From Myxococcales bacterium (GTDB lineage: Bacteria; Myxococcota_A; Polyangia; Polyangiales; DASUME01): a stretch of DNA of 64,000 nt. A model generated the notes under the pieces. That model had not been told where the DNA came from. It saw only the letters and a program-made list of their open reading frames with translations, and did no database searches. The DNA is taken from positions 4,640,001 through 4,704,000 of the forward strand of contig JASGJH010000001.1 in NCBI GenBank assembly GCA_047601445.1, written 5' to 3'. Shown here one piece after another: positions 47,671 to 59,500 of the stretch; within the stretch, counting starts at the first letter, position 1, and the number at the start of each line of letters is the position of its first letter. The position numbers and the translations under genes were made by a program.

Positions 47671-49827
47671 ATGAAGAGCTGGCGTCTAGGCGTGTTGGCG
47701 ACGTGCGTGGTCCTGGGTTGTAGCGGCGGCGAAGACGACGACGTGGGCGGCGACGACGGCGGCTCGCGTGGGTCGCAGATCGACTCGGGCCGGGACGACC
47801 CAGGTGGCGACGGCGATGGAGACCCTTCCGGCCGAGACGCAGGCAACCGCGACGGCGGCCGCGACACGGGCTCGCAGGACGGCGGTCCACAGGGTGGCCT
47901 CGACGCAGGCGGGATGGATGGCGGTGACACGCAACCAGGCAACGACGGCGGCAACCAGAGCGCGCTCGCGAACATCAGCGCGTTCAGCGGGCCCAACTCG
48001 GCGTGCGCCGGCAACATCAGCTTGAACTACAGCTTCACGGGCAGCGCGGGCACCATCACGCCGGGCGACATCCAGCTCAACCCTGGCAGCGGACAAACCT
48101 CCGTGCTGCTCTCGGCCAACACCGAGTACACGCTCGAGGTCAGCGGCTCGGGCGGTCCCAAGACTGCCAAGGTCTCCGTGAGTGCGCTGCCGAGCCCCAA
48201 CGCCACGCTCACCGCGCCGGCGACGGCCCAGCACGCCGGCACCCTCAGCGTCAGCGTTCCCACGCAAGCAGGCGTCACCTACGCGTGGTCGGTGGCCTCG
48301 GGCGACGCGAACATCCAGGGCAGCACCAGTGCTGCACAGGCGAGTGTCGTGCTCGGCGCTACGGGCAACAGCATCTCGCTCAAGGTCGATGTCACCAGCG
48401 GCAGCAACAGCTGCACGGCCACCACCACCAAGAGCATCCCCATCCCTTGCGCAGCGCCCACCCTGGTGAGCACGGATCGCGCGCAAGCCGCGGGCACGCC
48501 CCAATACATCCCGGGCAACGAGGGGACGCGCCCCTTCGCGGTCAACGCGAGCGGCACGCTGTGGGCCACCTACTTGGTCTCGAACCCCAACGGCTCGGCC
48601 ACCTACAACCTCAACTTCACGCGTCGCATCGGCGGCGCCTGGCAAGTGCCCGCGAGCTCACCGACTGCGCTCAACACCGCGAGCAGCAAGGTGTTCGACG
48701 TCAAGGTCGCCACCAACGACGCTGGCGACGCCACGTTCGCCTGGGTCGAGACCTCCGACAACAGCACGTACAGCGTGCGCGCCCGCGGCTACAAGGTGAG
48801 CAGCAACACCTGGACCGCCATTCAAACCCTCGGCACCACCTGGGACAACGGCGGGCCGGTGTTCGTGCAGATGGATCAGGCCGACACCACCGGCAAAGCC
48901 ATGATCGCCTGGATCGGCGGGCCCAACAAGCAGTGGACCCCGCACCTGCGCACCTTCACGCTCTCGACGGCCACGCTCGGCACCGACGTGCCGCTGCGCA
49001 CCAACGCGAACAACGGTCTGCCCGACTACCTGGTGGACCTGGACTTCGACACGCGGGGTGCACTGACGGGCTTCATCAGCTGGGCCGAGCAGGTCGCAGA
49101 CAGTGCGGACGAACCCACGTTGTTCGCGCTGCACCTTACGAACGGCGTGCCCGATACCGTCGGCGGCGGCGCCCTCGACATAAAGACCATCGTCGACCCG
49201 CTCAAGCAAACGGATCTCTTCCCGGAGACCATCGAGCAGAAGTCCGACATGCTGGCGGTCTCCGAGAACGGCAACGCCATCATCGTGTGGCGCTCCTACG
49301 ACGGCACCAAGTGGCACTTGAACGCTCGCCGCTATCTCTCGGGCAGCTGGGGCAGCACGGAGGACATCCGGACCAGCGCCAACGCGATCCACGACGTCTC
49401 ACCTGCCATCGACAACGCGGGCAACGCCATCGTGGCCACCTGGGAGAACGGCGTGCAGTTCGGCTTCACCTACGCAGCTGCAGGTGCGGCTTGGGCGCCG
49501 CTCGCACAGCTGACCACTGCGACCAACGGCACCCCCTCCATGCGCGTCGCCCTGGACTCCGCCTCGGGCAAGGGCGTGGTGGTCTACCGCGACGAGAAGG
49601 TGTCCTTCTACGCGCCCCTGCGCGGCGCCTTCTGGGATCCCGACAGCAAGACCCTGGGACCGAGCTTCGGCATCGACAGCCCCGTCGAGAGCGCCCCGGA
49701 GCGCGCCCAGATCTACCTGGACGCGAGCGGCAAACTCAACGTGATGTTCAACCAGCTGCCAAAGACCATCCCGAACGGCGCCAACTCCAGTAACAGCTCG
49801 CTGGAGTTCACCACCGTGTGTGAGTGA
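47671..49827 (+). CDS. large surface lipoprotein (GD-rich linker, Ig-like and beta-propeller-like regions)
   Basis: LGC lipobox; Thr/Ser/Asn-rich beta strands; repeated G.A...W motifs. Confidence 0.75.
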   Translation: MKSWRLGVLATCVVLGCSGGEDDDVGGDDGGSRGSQIDSGRDDPGGDGDGDPSGRDAGNRDGGRDTGSQDGGPQGGLDAGGMDGGDTQPGNDGGNQSALANISAFSGPNSACAGNISLNYSFTGSAGTITPGDIQLNPGSGQTSVLLSANTEYTLEVSGSGGPKTAKVSVSALPSPNATLTAPATAQHAGTLSVSVPTQAGVTYAWSVASGDANIQGSTSAAQASVVLGATGNSISLKVDVTSGSNSCTATTTKSIPIPCAAPTLVSTDRAQAAGTPQYIPGNEGTRPFAVNASGTLWATYLVSNPNGSATYNLNFTRRIGGAWQVPASSPTALNTASSKVFDVKVATNDAGDATFAWVETSDNSTYSVRARGYKVSSNTWTAIQTLGTTWDNGGPVFVQMDQADTTGKAMIAWIGGPNKQWTPHLRTFTLSTATLGTDVPLRTNANNGLPDYLVDLDFDTRGALTGFISWAEQVADSADEPTLFALHLTNGVPDTVGGGALDIKTIVDPLKQTDLFPETIEQKSDMLAVSENGNAIIVWRSYDGTKWHLNARRYLSGSWGSTEDIRTSANAIHDVSPAIDNAGNAIVATWENGVQFGFTYAAAGAAWAPLAQLTTATNGTPSMRVALDSASGKGVVVYRDEKVSFYAPLRGAFWDPDSKTLGPSFGIDSPVESAPERAQIYLDASGKLNVMFNQLPKTIPNGANSSNSSLEFTTVCE

Positions 49828-49890
49828 TCGGGAAGGCGGGGTTCAGGCCGCGAGGGGCTGATTGTCAACGCGGAGGCGCTCACGCGGAGG

Positions 49891-50031
49891 CGCTCACGCA
49901 CACCGTCGCCGTTCAAGTCACAGTCGTCGTCTATGTCCACGATCACGTTTGCAGAGGACGATTCTATCCGTTGACCTGGGCTTGGTCGGCGACGTGGACT
50001 TTGACCTGAACGGCGACGGCGTGCGTGAGCG
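49891..50031. repeat. 30-bp inverted repeat pair between convergent genes
   Basis: 49891-49920 versus 50002-50031, 28/30 match; preceded by a duplicated ACGCGGAGGCGCTC. Confidence 0.75.
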
Positions 50032-50051
50032 GATGCTTTGTTCTGCCCGGT

Positions 50052-50414
50052 CTACTTCAGCGCCTTCTTCCAGGCCGCCTCGTCGAAGCCCACCAGCACC
50101 TCGTCACCCGCGAGCACCAGAGGCCGCTTGATGAGCTTGCCGTCGGCGGCCAGGGCCGCGAGTGCGTCTCCCTCGCTCAGCGTGGGCAGGCGGTCCTTGA
50201 AGCCGCCGTCTCGATAGGACTCGCCGGAGGTGTTGAAGAACGCCTTGATGGGCAGCCCGGAGCTCTTGAAAGCCTTCTTGAGCACGGCGCCGCTCGGAGG
50301 CGAGTCGACGATGTGCACCGACTCGTAGACGATGCCCTGGGCATCGAGCCACTTGAGCGCCTTACGGCAGGTGCTGCATTTGGGGTACTGGTAGACCGTG
50401 AGCTTCTTCGCCAT
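50052..50414 (-). CDS. ArsC/Spx-family (YffB/YusI-like) protein
   Basis: YPKCSTCRKA; FNTSG..YR; LIKRP; VGF. Confidence 0.9.
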   Translation of the reverse strand: MAKKLTVYQYPKCSTCRKALKWLDAQGIVYESVHIVDSPPSGAVLKKAFKSSGLPIKAFFNTSGESYRDGGFKDRLPTLSEGDALAALAADGKLIKRPLVLAGDEVLVGFDEAAWKKALK

Positions 50415-50427
50415 GGGGCGATGTTAG

Positions 50428-51186
50428 CTACTCCGCCGGCACTTCGTTCACAGGAACCAGCTGCTCCTTGGCGCGCTCGCGGACGCTCTCGAGCGTCACG
50501 CTGTCAGCGAGCAAGCTGGCCACGGTCTGACCGGCCACGAAGTCGGCCACCTCCTCGGCGGCGTAGCGCAGCGAGGTGGGGTCCTCGTGGGGAGCAGCGG
50601 GGCGGTTCTTGGCGCGCGCGATGCGCGGGTACCAGTTCTGCACGCTCTCGTTCTGCGCGATGATCGTGAGCGCGCACAGGTTGGCGTCCACCTTGCGGAA
50701 GCAACCGCGGGCCACGCCCTCTTCGATCAGCTTCTCGAGGGTGCGGGTGAGCTCGCGGCGCTCTTTCCAGTAGATGTCGAAGGCCACCTTGTCGCGGCGC
50801 GCCACACGGTGCACCTCGGTGATCTCGAGCGGGAACACGCACACGTTGCGCACGTCGAAGCGCACGAGCCGATAGAGCTGTACGTCCGGCGATTCCCCCT
50901 CCGCCTTGAGCTGCTTGGCGAAGGCGATGGGCATCCGGTTCACCTGCTCGAGCAGCTCCGCGACGATCGATTCCTTGCGGCGGAACCAGTAGTACAGCGA
51001 CGACTGCGCGAGCCCGGAACCTTCCGCGATCTCCAGCATGGAAACTTCGGAAATACCGCGCTCTCCGAACAGCGAGGCAGCAGCTTTGAGGATCTGCTCT
51101 TTGGGATCGACACCGCTCTCGGCGGTCTCTCGTTTACGGGGGCGCCCGACTCGGCGCTTCTCTTGGGGCATGGAAGCGGAGCTCAT
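50428..51186 (-). CDS. TetR family regulator, AmtR-like
   Basis: VGRPR...PKEQIL.AA..LF...G...IA...G..QSSLYY.F..K; C-terminal pattern resembles actinobacterial AmtR as recalled. Confidence 0.85.
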   Translation of the reverse strand: MSSASMPQEKRRVGRPRKRETAESGVDPKEQILKAAASLFGERGISEVSMLEIAEGSGLAQSSLYYWFRRKESIVAELLEQVNRMPIAFAKQLKAEGESPDVQLYRLVRFDVRNVCVFPLEITEVHRVARRDKVAFDIYWKERRELTRTLEKLIEEGVARGCFRKVDANLCALTIIAQNESVQNWYPRIARAKNRPAAPHEDPTSLRYAAEEVADFVAGQTVASLLADSVTLESVRERAKEQLVPVNEVPAE

Positions 51187-51237
51187 GGATTCTCACAAGC
51201 TAGCGGGTTGAAGGGATCTCGCTGTATACAGCACGGC

Positions 51238-51870
51238 ATGCCTGAACCCTTGAAGACGGCGTCCGAGCTCGAAAGGTTCCGGGCTCAGCTCACCGCCGGT
51301 CAGAAAAATTTCCCGCGTGCGAACCTGTCCAATGCGGACCTGCGGGACCTCGATTTGAGCGGGCTTTCTCTGCCATGGGCAGTACTTACGAAGGCCGACT
51401 TGTTCCAAGCCAACCTCTTCGAGAGCGACCTCTCCCATGCCGAGTTGGGAGAGGCGAACCTGGTCCGTGCGGACCTGAGCCACGCGAAGCTCGATGGGGC
51501 CCGGCTGCCGAAAGCCCATTTGAGCTGGGCCCGCCTGCTGGGGGCTTCGCTCGTGGAGACCAACCTGCTGGGGGCGGATTTGTCCCACGCGGACCTACGT
51601 CGGGCCGTGCTCGAGGCCAACCTCGAGGGGGCCAACCTGAGAGGCGCCACCCTGGTGGGAGCGGATCTGAGTCGGGCGTTTTTGTGGGGTGCCAACCTGG
51701 CCGACGCGAACCTCTGCGAAGCCAAGCTCGCCGGGGCCAAGCTTCGGCGAGCCAACTTACAAAACGCGGACTTACGCGGGGCGGACCTGACGGACGCGGA
51801 CCTCAGCGAAGCGAATCTGCGAGGTGCCCGGCTCGATTCCAGCTCGGCCATCGGGCGCCCTCGAGGCTAA
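51238..51870 (+). CDS. pentapeptide repeat protein
   Basis: Continuous A(D/N)Lxx repeats. Confidence 0.92.
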   Translation: MPEPLKTASELERFRAQLTAGQKNFPRANLSNADLRDLDLSGLSLPWAVLTKADLFQANLFESDLSHAELGEANLVRADLSHAKLDGARLPKAHLSWARLLGASLVETNLLGADLSHADLRRAVLEANLEGANLRGATLVGADLSRAFLWGANLADANLCEAKLAGAKLRRANLQNADLRGADLTDADLSEANLRGARLDSSSAIGRPRG

Positions 51871-51930
51871 GCGTCGAGGCTAGCTCTAAACGGATCGGAA
51901 AAAATCGACGGACCCTCCGATTCTGAATCG

Positions 51931-51949
51931 TTTCGAAACAGTCTTGAAA
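51931..51949. promoter_or_regulatory. candidate operator TTTCGA-N7-TTGAAA, copy 1
   Basis: Imperfect palindrome upstream of the ABC binding-protein gene; identical half-sites recur at 55132. Confidence 0.6.
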
Positions 51950-52019
51950 ATAAGCGCCGCTAGGTTCTGCTCGAAGGTAGGCGTGCATTCACGCTTCCCG
52001 GACGCGAAAGGGACCTTGC

Positions 52020-53096
52020 ATGCTTCGTTTTCTCCGCGCTGGCGGACTCGGCTTGTGCCTGGCACTGACGGCTAGTTTGGTTGGTTGCAGCAAACCGAAA
52101 GAGAGCCCCGCGCCGGCACCCGAAGCCAAGCCCGTAACCTCCACCGAATCCCCCAAGCCCGCCGAGGCGGCCCCCCTGCGCATCGCCTACAGCGATTGGC
52201 CTGGCTGGGTGGCCTGGGAGATCGGCATCCAAAAAAAGTGGTTCGAGGAAGAGGGCGTCAAGGTCGACTTCAAGTGGTTCGAGTACGTGCCCTCCATGGA
52301 GGCTTTCTCCGCGGGTAAGGTCGACGCGGTGACGATGACCAACGGCGATGCGCTGGTCACCGGCTCGAGCGGCGCACCCAGCGTGGCCATCCTGCTCAAC
52401 GACTACAGCAACGGCAACGACATGGTCGTGGCACGTCCCGGCATCTCCGATGTGAAGGCGCTCAAGGGCAAGAAGGTCGGCGTGGAGGTGGGCTTCGTGA
52501 GCCACCTGCTGCTGATCAACGCGCTCAAGAGCGTGAACCTCACCGACAAGGATGTGACCATCGTCAACGTGCCCACCGACCAGACGCCGCAGCTGCTCAA
52601 GAGCGGTGAGGTGGACGCCGTGGTGGCGTGGCAGCCCAACAGCGGTCAGGCCCTGAGCGAGGTGGCGGGCTCCAAGCCCATTTTCACCAGCGCGAACGTG
52701 CCCGGGGTCATCTACGACGTGCTCGCGGTGAACCCCAAGAGCCTGAGCGAGCGCCGCGATGACTGGAAGAAGGTCACCAAGGTCTGGTTCCGCATCGCGG
52801 ACTTCCTCAAGAAGACCGAGAACCTCGATGAGGCCGCCAAGATCATGTCCGCGCGCGTGGGCATGGAGCCCGCCAAGTACAAAGAGCTCATGAAGGGCAC
52901 CTTCTTCCTCGACCTGGCGGGCAACCAAAAGGCCTTCGCGCCGGGCGAGAGCCTCGCGAGCGTGCACTTCTCGGACAAGGTCGTGGACGAGTTCCAGGTG
53001 AAGAACGACGTCTACAAGAAACCTGTCGATTACACGAGCTATCTAGACTCGTCGTTCGTGACCGAACTGGCCGCGGGCCTCGCGGCAGCCAAGTAA
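52020..53096 (+). CDS. ABC substrate-binding lipoprotein (SsuA/NMT1-like; urea/guanidine carboxylase-associated)
   Basis: VGC lipobox; YSDWPGW; TNGD; DYSNGND; WQP. Confidence 0.88.
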   Translation: MLRFLRAGGLGLCLALTASLVGCSKPKESPAPAPEAKPVTSTESPKPAEAAPLRIAYSDWPGWVAWEIGIQKKWFEEEGVKVDFKWFEYVPSMEAFSAGKVDAVTMTNGDALVTGSSGAPSVAILLNDYSNGNDMVVARPGISDVKALKGKKVGVEVGFVSHLLLINALKSVNLTDKDVTIVNVPTDQTPQLLKSGEVDAVVAWQPNSGQALSEVAGSKPIFTSANVPGVIYDVLAVNPKSLSERRDDWKKVTKVWFRIADFLKKTENLDEAAKIMSARVGMEPAKYKELMKGTFFLDLAGNQKAFAPGESLASVHFSDKVVDEFQVKNDVYKKPVDYTSYLDSSFVTELAAGLAAAK

Positions 53097-53130
53097 GACT
53101 CGGGCCCCCTACGAACGCAGAGAACACACC

Positions 53131-54192
53131 ATGGCGCTCCCCCTGCTGAGACTCCGAGAGCCCCTCGCGCACTGGCCCAAGTTGTGCGCCACGGTGTTGG
53201 CCTTTGTGCTTCCCTTGCTGGCGTGGGCGGCCATCAGCTACCTGCCCTTCCTGTGGCATCCGCTGGTGCTCGTGACCGACGCGGGCGACACCAGCGTGCC
53301 CGGCAAGTACGACTTCGTGGCGGCCGAGCAGCGGGTAGACATCGAGGTGTACGAGGCGCGCAACGCGGAGCTGGCTGCGGCCGGCAAGAGGCTCGCGCAG
53401 GGCGAGCGGGTGAACCCCATCTACTTGCCCGCGCCCCACGAGGTCGCGCGAGCATTCTACACCGCGTTCACCACGGAGCCGGAACGGCGCGGTGACTACT
53501 GGCTGCACGAGAGCCTGTGGCACAGCTGTCAGATCATCTTTTGGGGCTTCTTCTACGCCGCCTTGCTGGGTCTTCCGCTCGGGGTGCTGTGCGGCACCTT
53601 CCCGCTGCTCTCGCAGCTGTTCGAGCCCTTCGTGGACTTCGTGCGCTACATGCCGGCGCCCGTTTTCGGCGCGCTCGCGGTGGCTATTTTCGGGCTCGCG
53701 GACGCCCCCAAGATCACCATTATCTTCATCGGCACGTTCTTCCAGATGGTGCTCGTGGTGGCCAACACCACGCGCCAGGTGGACGCTGCGCTGCTCCACG
53801 CGGGCCAGACCCTGGGCGCGAGCTCGCGTCAGCTGCTCACGCACATCGTGCTGCCGAGCGCCCTACCCAACCTGTATCGCGACATGCGCATCCTGGTCGG
53901 CTGGGCCTGGACGTACCTGGTGGTGGCGGAGCTCATCGGTGAGAAGTCCGGTATCAGCGCGTTCATCTACCAGCAGCAGCGCTATCGCAACTTCCCGAAC
54001 GTGTACGCCAGCATCGTGATCATCGGCGCCATCGGCCTGTTCTTCGATCAGATCCTGGCCGTACTCGGGCGCTACCTGTTCCCCTGGGAGAGTGGGCGTC
54101 AAAGCCTCGGCAAGTCGCTCAAGCAGCTGTTCGCGCGCAAAGGCTCGGCGATCCCGAGCGTGAAGACCGCAGCCCTCGAGGTGAGCAAATGA
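53131..54192 (+). CDS. ABC transporter permease (SsuC/TauC-like)
   Basis: [26 protein letters not shown]. Confidence 0.9.
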   Translation: MALPLLRLREPLAHWPKLCATVLAFVLPLLAWAAISYLPFLWHPLVLVTDAGDTSVPGKYDFVAAEQRVDIEVYEARNAELAAAGKRLAQGERVNPIYLPAPHEVARAFYTAFTTEPERRGDYWLHESLWHSCQIIFWGFFYAALLGLPLGVLCGTFPLLSQLFEPFVDFVRYMPAPVFGALAVAIFGLADAPKITIIFIGTFFQMVLVVANTTRQVDAALLHAGQTLGASSRQLLTHIVLPSALPNLYRDMRILVGWAWTYLVVAELIGEKSGISAFIYQQQRYRNFPNVYASIVIIGAIGLFFDQILAVLGRYLFPWESGRQSLGKSLKQLFARKGSAIPSVKTAALEVSK

Positions 54193-55055
54193 GCATCGGC
54201 AACTTCGAACTCCCGAGCTACCTCGAGCAAAGCGACGACGTGCGCGCGTACTTCAAGGAGCTCAAGAGCCGCCCGGTGGTGCTCGAGATCGACAAGGTCG
54301 GCAAGTACTTCGACAGCCCCAAGGGGCGCGTCACCGCCATCTCCGAGATCTCTTTCTCCGTGCATCGCAAGGAGTTCGTCAGCGTCATCGGACCGTCGGG
54401 CTGCGGCAAGTCCACTTTGATCCGCATCCTGGCTGGCCTCTCGCAAACCACGTCTGGCGAAGTACGGCTCGACGGCAAGCGCGTAGAAGGCCCGGGCGCG
54501 GACCGCGGCATGGTGTTCCAGGGCTACACGCTATTTCCCTGGCTCAGTGTGCTCGACAACGTGATGTTCGGCCCGCGCCTGCGCGGACACAAGGGCAAGG
54601 CAGCCGAAGAGAAGGCCATGTGCTGGCTCGACGTGGTGGGCCTCACGCGCTTCGCCGAGCACTACCCCGAGCAACTCTCGGGCGGCATGAAGCAGCGTGT
54701 GGCGATCGCGCGCGCGCTGGCCAACGAGCCGCGCATCCTGTTGATGGACGAGCCCTTCGGAGCGCTCGACGCCCAGACTCGCAGCGGCATGCAGGCCCAT
54801 CTCACGCGCATCTGGGACAAGGAAGACCTGACGGTGCTCTTCATCACCCACGACCTCGACGAGGCCGTGTACCTGTCCGATCGCATCGTGGTGCTGGCGG
54901 CCAATCCCGGTCGCGTGGCCGAGGTGATCGAGGTGCCGGTGCCGCGCCCGCGCGATCGCGAGCAGCTACTCTCTGGGCCCTTCTTGGCCACCAAGAAGCG
55001 CCTCGAAACTCTGATCTACGGCAATCAGTCGAGTGAGGATCACGAAGCCGCCTGA
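54189..55055 (+). CDS. ABC transporter ATP-binding protein (SsuB/TauB-like)
   Basis: [32 protein letters not shown]. Confidence 0.95.
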   Translation: MSIGNFELPSYLEQSDDVRAYFKELKSRPVVLEIDKVGKYFDSPKGRVTAISEISFSVHRKEFVSVIGPSGCGKSTLIRILAGLSQTTSGEVRLDGKRVEGPGADRGMVFQGYTLFPWLSVLDNVMFGPRLRGHKGKAAEEKAMCWLDVVGLTRFAEHYPEQLSGGMKQRVAIARALANEPRILLMDEPFGALDAQTRSGMQAHLTRIWDKEDLTVLFITHDLDEAVYLSDRIVVLAANPGRVAEVIEVPVPRPRDREQLLSGPFLATKKRLETLIYGNQSSEDHEAA

Positions 55056-55131
55056 GCTTTGACGGCTCGGGTCGGGAACCCTTTTGCTGCGCGTGCAGTC
55101 TTTTGCGCGCAGGGACCTTTTTTTACCGAGT

Positions 55132-55150
55132 TTTCGATAGGACATTGAAA
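55132..55150. promoter_or_regulatory. candidate operator TTTCGA-N7-TTGAAA, copy 2
   Basis: Overlaps the RBS and ATG of the first DUF1989 gene. Confidence 0.6.
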
Positions 55151-55875
55151 TGGACCAGTCCGAAGCCTCGAATCAGCCACTTTTACGGGAAACTTTGCGC
55201 GGCGGAGAAATGTGGTCGCGCGTGGTGCGACGCGGCCAGTGGCTGCGGCTCACCGACCTCGAAGGCGGCGCCACGCCGGCGGCCCTCTTCTACAACGCGC
55301 AGCAGCCCCTCGAACGCTACAACGCGCCCGACACGCTGAAGGCCCAGCACACCGCGCGCCTCACGCGCGGCAACGTGTTGTTCTCCGACATGGGCCGCAT
55401 CTTGATGTCGGTGGTGGAGGACAGCGCGGGCTGGCACGACACCGTGACGGGCCACATGGATCACGCGGCCTCCGAGCAGAAGTTCGGCGTCGGCACCTAC
55501 CAGGCGCTACGCAACGACTTCTACCACGACACGCGCAGCAACTTCCTGGTCGAGCTCGGCAAGCACGGGCTCGGCAAGCGCGACCTCGCGCCCAACGTGA
55601 ACTTCTTCGCGAAGATCGTCGCCGATGAAGACGGCCGACTGAGCTGGCAAACGCCGGCGCGCGCGGGTCAGTCCGTGACCCTGCGCGCCGAGATGGACGT
55701 GCTGGTGGTGCTGTCCAACACGCCGCACCGACTCGACCCGAGCACGCGCTACGCGCCCAAGCCGCTCGAGCTCAGCATCGGTGTCGCCGCTCCGGTGGCC
55801 GCAGACGACGTGTGTCGAACCCACTGTGAGCAGAACGCGCGCGGCTTCGTGCTGACCGAGACCTACCACCTCTGA
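55150..55875 (+). CDS. cgdA: urea carboxylase-associated protein (DUF1989; carboxyguanidine deiminase subunit A-like)
   Basis: [40 protein letters not shown]. Confidence 0.85.
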   Translation: MDQSEASNQPLLRETLRGGEMWSRVVRRGQWLRLTDLEGGATPAALFYNAQQPLERYNAPDTLKAQHTARLTRGNVLFSDMGRILMSVVEDSAGWHDTVTGHMDHAASEQKFGVGTYQALRNDFYHDTRSNFLVELGKHGLGKRDLAPNVNFFAKIVADEDGRLSWQTPARAGQSVTLRAEMDVLVVLSNTPHRLDPSTRYAPKPLELSIGVAAPVAADDVCRTHCEQNARGFVLTETYHL

Positions 55876-55885
55876 AGGGGCGCCC

Positions 55886-56548
55886 ATGACCGACCTAGAC
55901 AAGCTCGTCGAAAGCAAGCTCGCGCTCCACCAGGCCAGTTACCGGCACGTGGTGGACTCCGGCCTCGGCTACAGCAAGCGCATCGCCCGCGGGGAAATCC
56001 TGCGCATCGTGGACCTCGAGGGCAATCAGGCGGTGGACACCTTGTTCTACAACGCCGACGACCCCAGCGAGCGCTACAGCTCCGCGGACACCATCATGGC
56101 GCAGGGTGCGCTCTACCTCACCACGGGCTCGCAGCTCGTGTCCAGCGAGGGGCGCGTGATGTTGACCATCGTGGCCGACACCTGCGGACGCCACGACACG
56201 CTGGGCGGAGCCTGCGCAGCCGAGAGCAATCAAGTTCGTTACGCCATCGACAAGCGCTACATGCACAGCTGCCGCGACAGCTTCTTGCTCGAGCTCGCGG
56301 AGCACCACCCGCACATGACCAAGCGGGACATCGCGGCCAACATCAACTTCTTCATGAACGTGCCGGTGACACCCGACGGCGGCCTGCGCTTCGCCGACGG
56401 CGTGTCCGGACCGGGTCGCTACGTGGAGCTGCGTGCCGAGATGGACGTGCTGCTCCTGATCTCCAACTGCCCCCAGCTCAATAACCCATGCAACGCCTAC
56501 AACCCGACACCCATCGAAGTGGTGGTCTTCCCGAGGGGCGCGGACTGA
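55886..56548 (+). CDS. cgdB: urea carboxylase-associated protein (DUF1989; carboxyguanidine deiminase subunit B-like)
   Basis: [37 protein letters not shown]. Confidence 0.88.
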   Translation: MTDLDKLVESKLALHQASYRHVVDSGLGYSKRIARGEILRIVDLEGNQAVDTLFYNADDPSERYSSADTIMAQGALYLTTGSQLVSSEGRVMLTIVADTCGRHDTLGGACAAESNQVRYAIDKRYMHSCRDSFLLELAEHHPHMTKRDIAANINFFMNVPVTPDGGLRFADGVSGPGRYVELRAEMDVLLLISNCPQLNNPCNAYNPTPIEVVVFPRGAD

Positions 56549-56549
56549 C

Positions 56550-59500
56550 ATGAGTGCTCCAGTGTTCGACAAGGTCTTGATCGCGAACCGCGGCGAAATT
56601 GCCTGCCGCGTGGTGCGGGCCGCGCGGGCTCTCTCGCTGCGCTCGGTGGCGCTCTATTCGGAGGCCGACTCGCAGTCGCTGCACGTGAGCATGGCCGACG
56701 AGTGCGTGGCCATCGGACCGGCGGCGGCAGCCCAGAGCTACCTCAACGTCGACCGCGTGATCGCCGCGGCGCACGCCACCGGCGCCAAGGCCATCCACCC
56801 GGGCTACGGCTTCTTGAGCGAGAACGTGAGCTTCGCGGAGCGCTGCGAGGCCGAGGGACTGATCTTCGTGGGACCGCGTCCGGAGCACATCCGGGCCTTC
56901 GGCTTGAAGCACGAGGCGCGCAGGTTGGCGGCCGAGAGCGGAGTGCCACTGCTGCCTGGCACCGGGCTGCTCACGGATCTCGAGTCCGCCTTGCAACAGG
57001 CCGAGGTGATCGGCTACCCGGTCATGCTCAAGAGCACGGCCGGCGGCGGCGGCATCGGCATGGCCGTGTGTCAGGACGCGGACGATCTGCGCGGGCGCTA
57101 CGCCTCGGTGCAACGCCTGGCCCAGGGCAACTTCAGCCACGCTGGCGTGTTCCTCGAGAAGTTCGTGGCGCGCGCGCGGCATGTGGAAGTACAGGTATTC
57201 GGCGACGGCGAGGGTCGGGTCATGTGCCTGTCCGAGCGCGATTGCAGCAGCCAGCGCCGCAACCAGAAGGTCCTGGAAGAGGCGCCAGCGCCTCGACTCG
57301 ACGACGCGCAACGCGCGGCCTTGCGCGAGGCGGCCCTCAAACTGTGCACGTCGGTGTCCTATCGCTCGGCTGGCACCGTGGAGTTCGTGTTGGACGCCGA
57401 CAGCGGCGCCTTCTACTTCCTGGAGGTCAACACCCGCCTGCAGGTCGAGCACTGCGTGACCGAGGAGATCTTCGGCATCGACCTGTTGGGCTACATGCTG
57501 CGGCTCGCACTGGGCGACCGCAGCATGTTCGACGCCGAGCCGAGCGCGCTCAAGGGGCACTCGATCCAGGCGCGTCTCTACGCGGAGGACCCCGCACGCA
57601 ATTTCCAGCCGTGCTCGGGCTTGCTCACCGAGGTGACGTTCTCCGAAAGGGCACGCATCGAGACCTGGGTCGAGACCGGCGTGGAGGTCAGCCCGCACTA
57701 CGATCCCTTGATCGCCAAGATCATCGTGTGGGGCGAGACCCGCGAAGCCGCGGTGGCGGCCATGGCCGAGGCGCTGCACGACACGCGCGTGCAGGGCATC
57801 GAGACCAACCTGCCCTACCTACGCCAGATCGTGGCCAGCCCGGACTTTGCCGACGCGCGCATGATCACGCGCAGCCTGGCGGAGATGAAGGCCGTGGCCG
57901 ATGGCATCGAAGTGCTCGAGGCCGGCACGCAGACCACGGTGCAGGACTATCCGGGTCGGCTCGGCTACTGGGATGTGGGCATCCCGCCCTCGGGTCCCAT
58001 GGACGCCCTCTCGCTGCGCCTCGGCAATCGCGCCGTGGGCAACCCGAGCGGCACCCCCGCACTCGAGATCACGGTCTCTGGCCCGAGCCTCGCGTTCCGT
58101 GAGGACGCCTTGATCGCGCTCACCGGCGCCGCGTTCGATGCGCAGCTCGATGGAGTCCCGGTGCCTTGCTACGAGCCGTTGGAGGTGAAGGCCGGCCAGG
58201 TCCTGCGCATGGGCAGCGCAGGCGCCGTGGGCACGCGCGCATACCTGTGCGTGCGCGGCGGCTTCGACGTGCCCTCCTACCTGGGCAGCAGCAGCACCTT
58301 CACGCTGGGCGGCTTCGGCGGCCACGGCGGGCGCGCGCTGCGCGTGGGGGATGTGTTGCGGGTCGCCCATCACGGCGACCTTGCGTTCGAGGAACCCCAG
58401 CGCATTCCCGAAGCCCTGCGCCCGAGTATCACGGGCAGCTGGGAAATCGGCGTGATGTACGGGCCCCACGGTGCGCCCGACTTCTTCACCGACGAAGACA
58501 TCGCCACCTTGTTCTCGTCCGAGTACACGGTGCACCACAACTCCGCGCGCACCGGCGTACGCCTGATTGGACCCAAGCCCGACTGGGCCCGTGCGGACGG
58601 CGGCGAAGCCGGCCTCCACCCCTCCAATATCCACGACAACGCCTACGCCATCGGCAGCCTCGACTTCACGGGCGACATGCCGATCATCCTGGGCCCCGAC
58701 GGTCCCAGTCTCGGTGGTTTCGTGTGCCCGGCCTGCGTGGTGGAGAGCGAGCTGTGGAAGCTCGGTCAGCTGCGCCCCGGCGACCGCGTGCGCTTCGTGA
58801 TTTTGTCGTACGCCGACGCACGCACCCAGAAAGAGAGCCAGGAACACGGCATCGCGACCCTGGAAGGAGCCACCCACGAAATCGGTGCGCCCACGCTCAC
58901 GGCGCGCGCGCCCGACGGCGCGGTGATCTCGGAGAACACCGGCGGTGGCCTCGACGTGCGCTATCGCCAGGCGGGCGATCGCTACCTGCTCGTCGAGTAC
59001 GGCCCCATGGTGCTCGACCTCAACTTGCGCTTCCGCGTACACGCGCTGATGGAACGCCTGCGCGCCGCGGCTGTTCCCGGCGTGCAGGAGCTCACGCCAG
59101 GCATCCGCTCGTTGCAGATCCACTACGCGAGCGATCGCCTCAGCCAGCGCGCCCTGGTGGACATTCTGGAGCGCATCGAGGCCGACCTGGGCGCCGTGGA
59201 TGCGCTCGAGGTGCCCACGCGCATCCTGCGCTTGCCGCTGTCCTGGGACGACCCGGCCACCCAGCTCGCCATCGAGAAGTACACCAAGACGGTGCGCCCC
59301 GACGCGCCCTGGGCTCCGAGCAACATCGAGTTCATCCGGCGCATCAACGGCCTGAGCAGCCTCGACGAGGTGCGCCGCACCGTGTTCGACGCGAGCTACC
59401 TCGTGATGGGCCTGGGCGACGTCTATCTCGGCGCGCCGGTGGCCACGCCGCTCGACCCGCGTCATCGCTTGGTGACCACCAAGTACAACCCGGCACGCAC

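Noticed and set aside
51871..52019. Guanidine riboswitch upstream of the ABC/carboxylase operon
   Set aside because: No convincing guanidine-I core, twin ACGR hairpins or class III pattern by eye; an Infernal scan is needed to be certain.
55087..55124. Strong internal terminator before the DUF1989 genes
   Set aside because: The CTGCGCG..CGCGCAG stem is separated from the T run by several bases; possible, but too weak to call.
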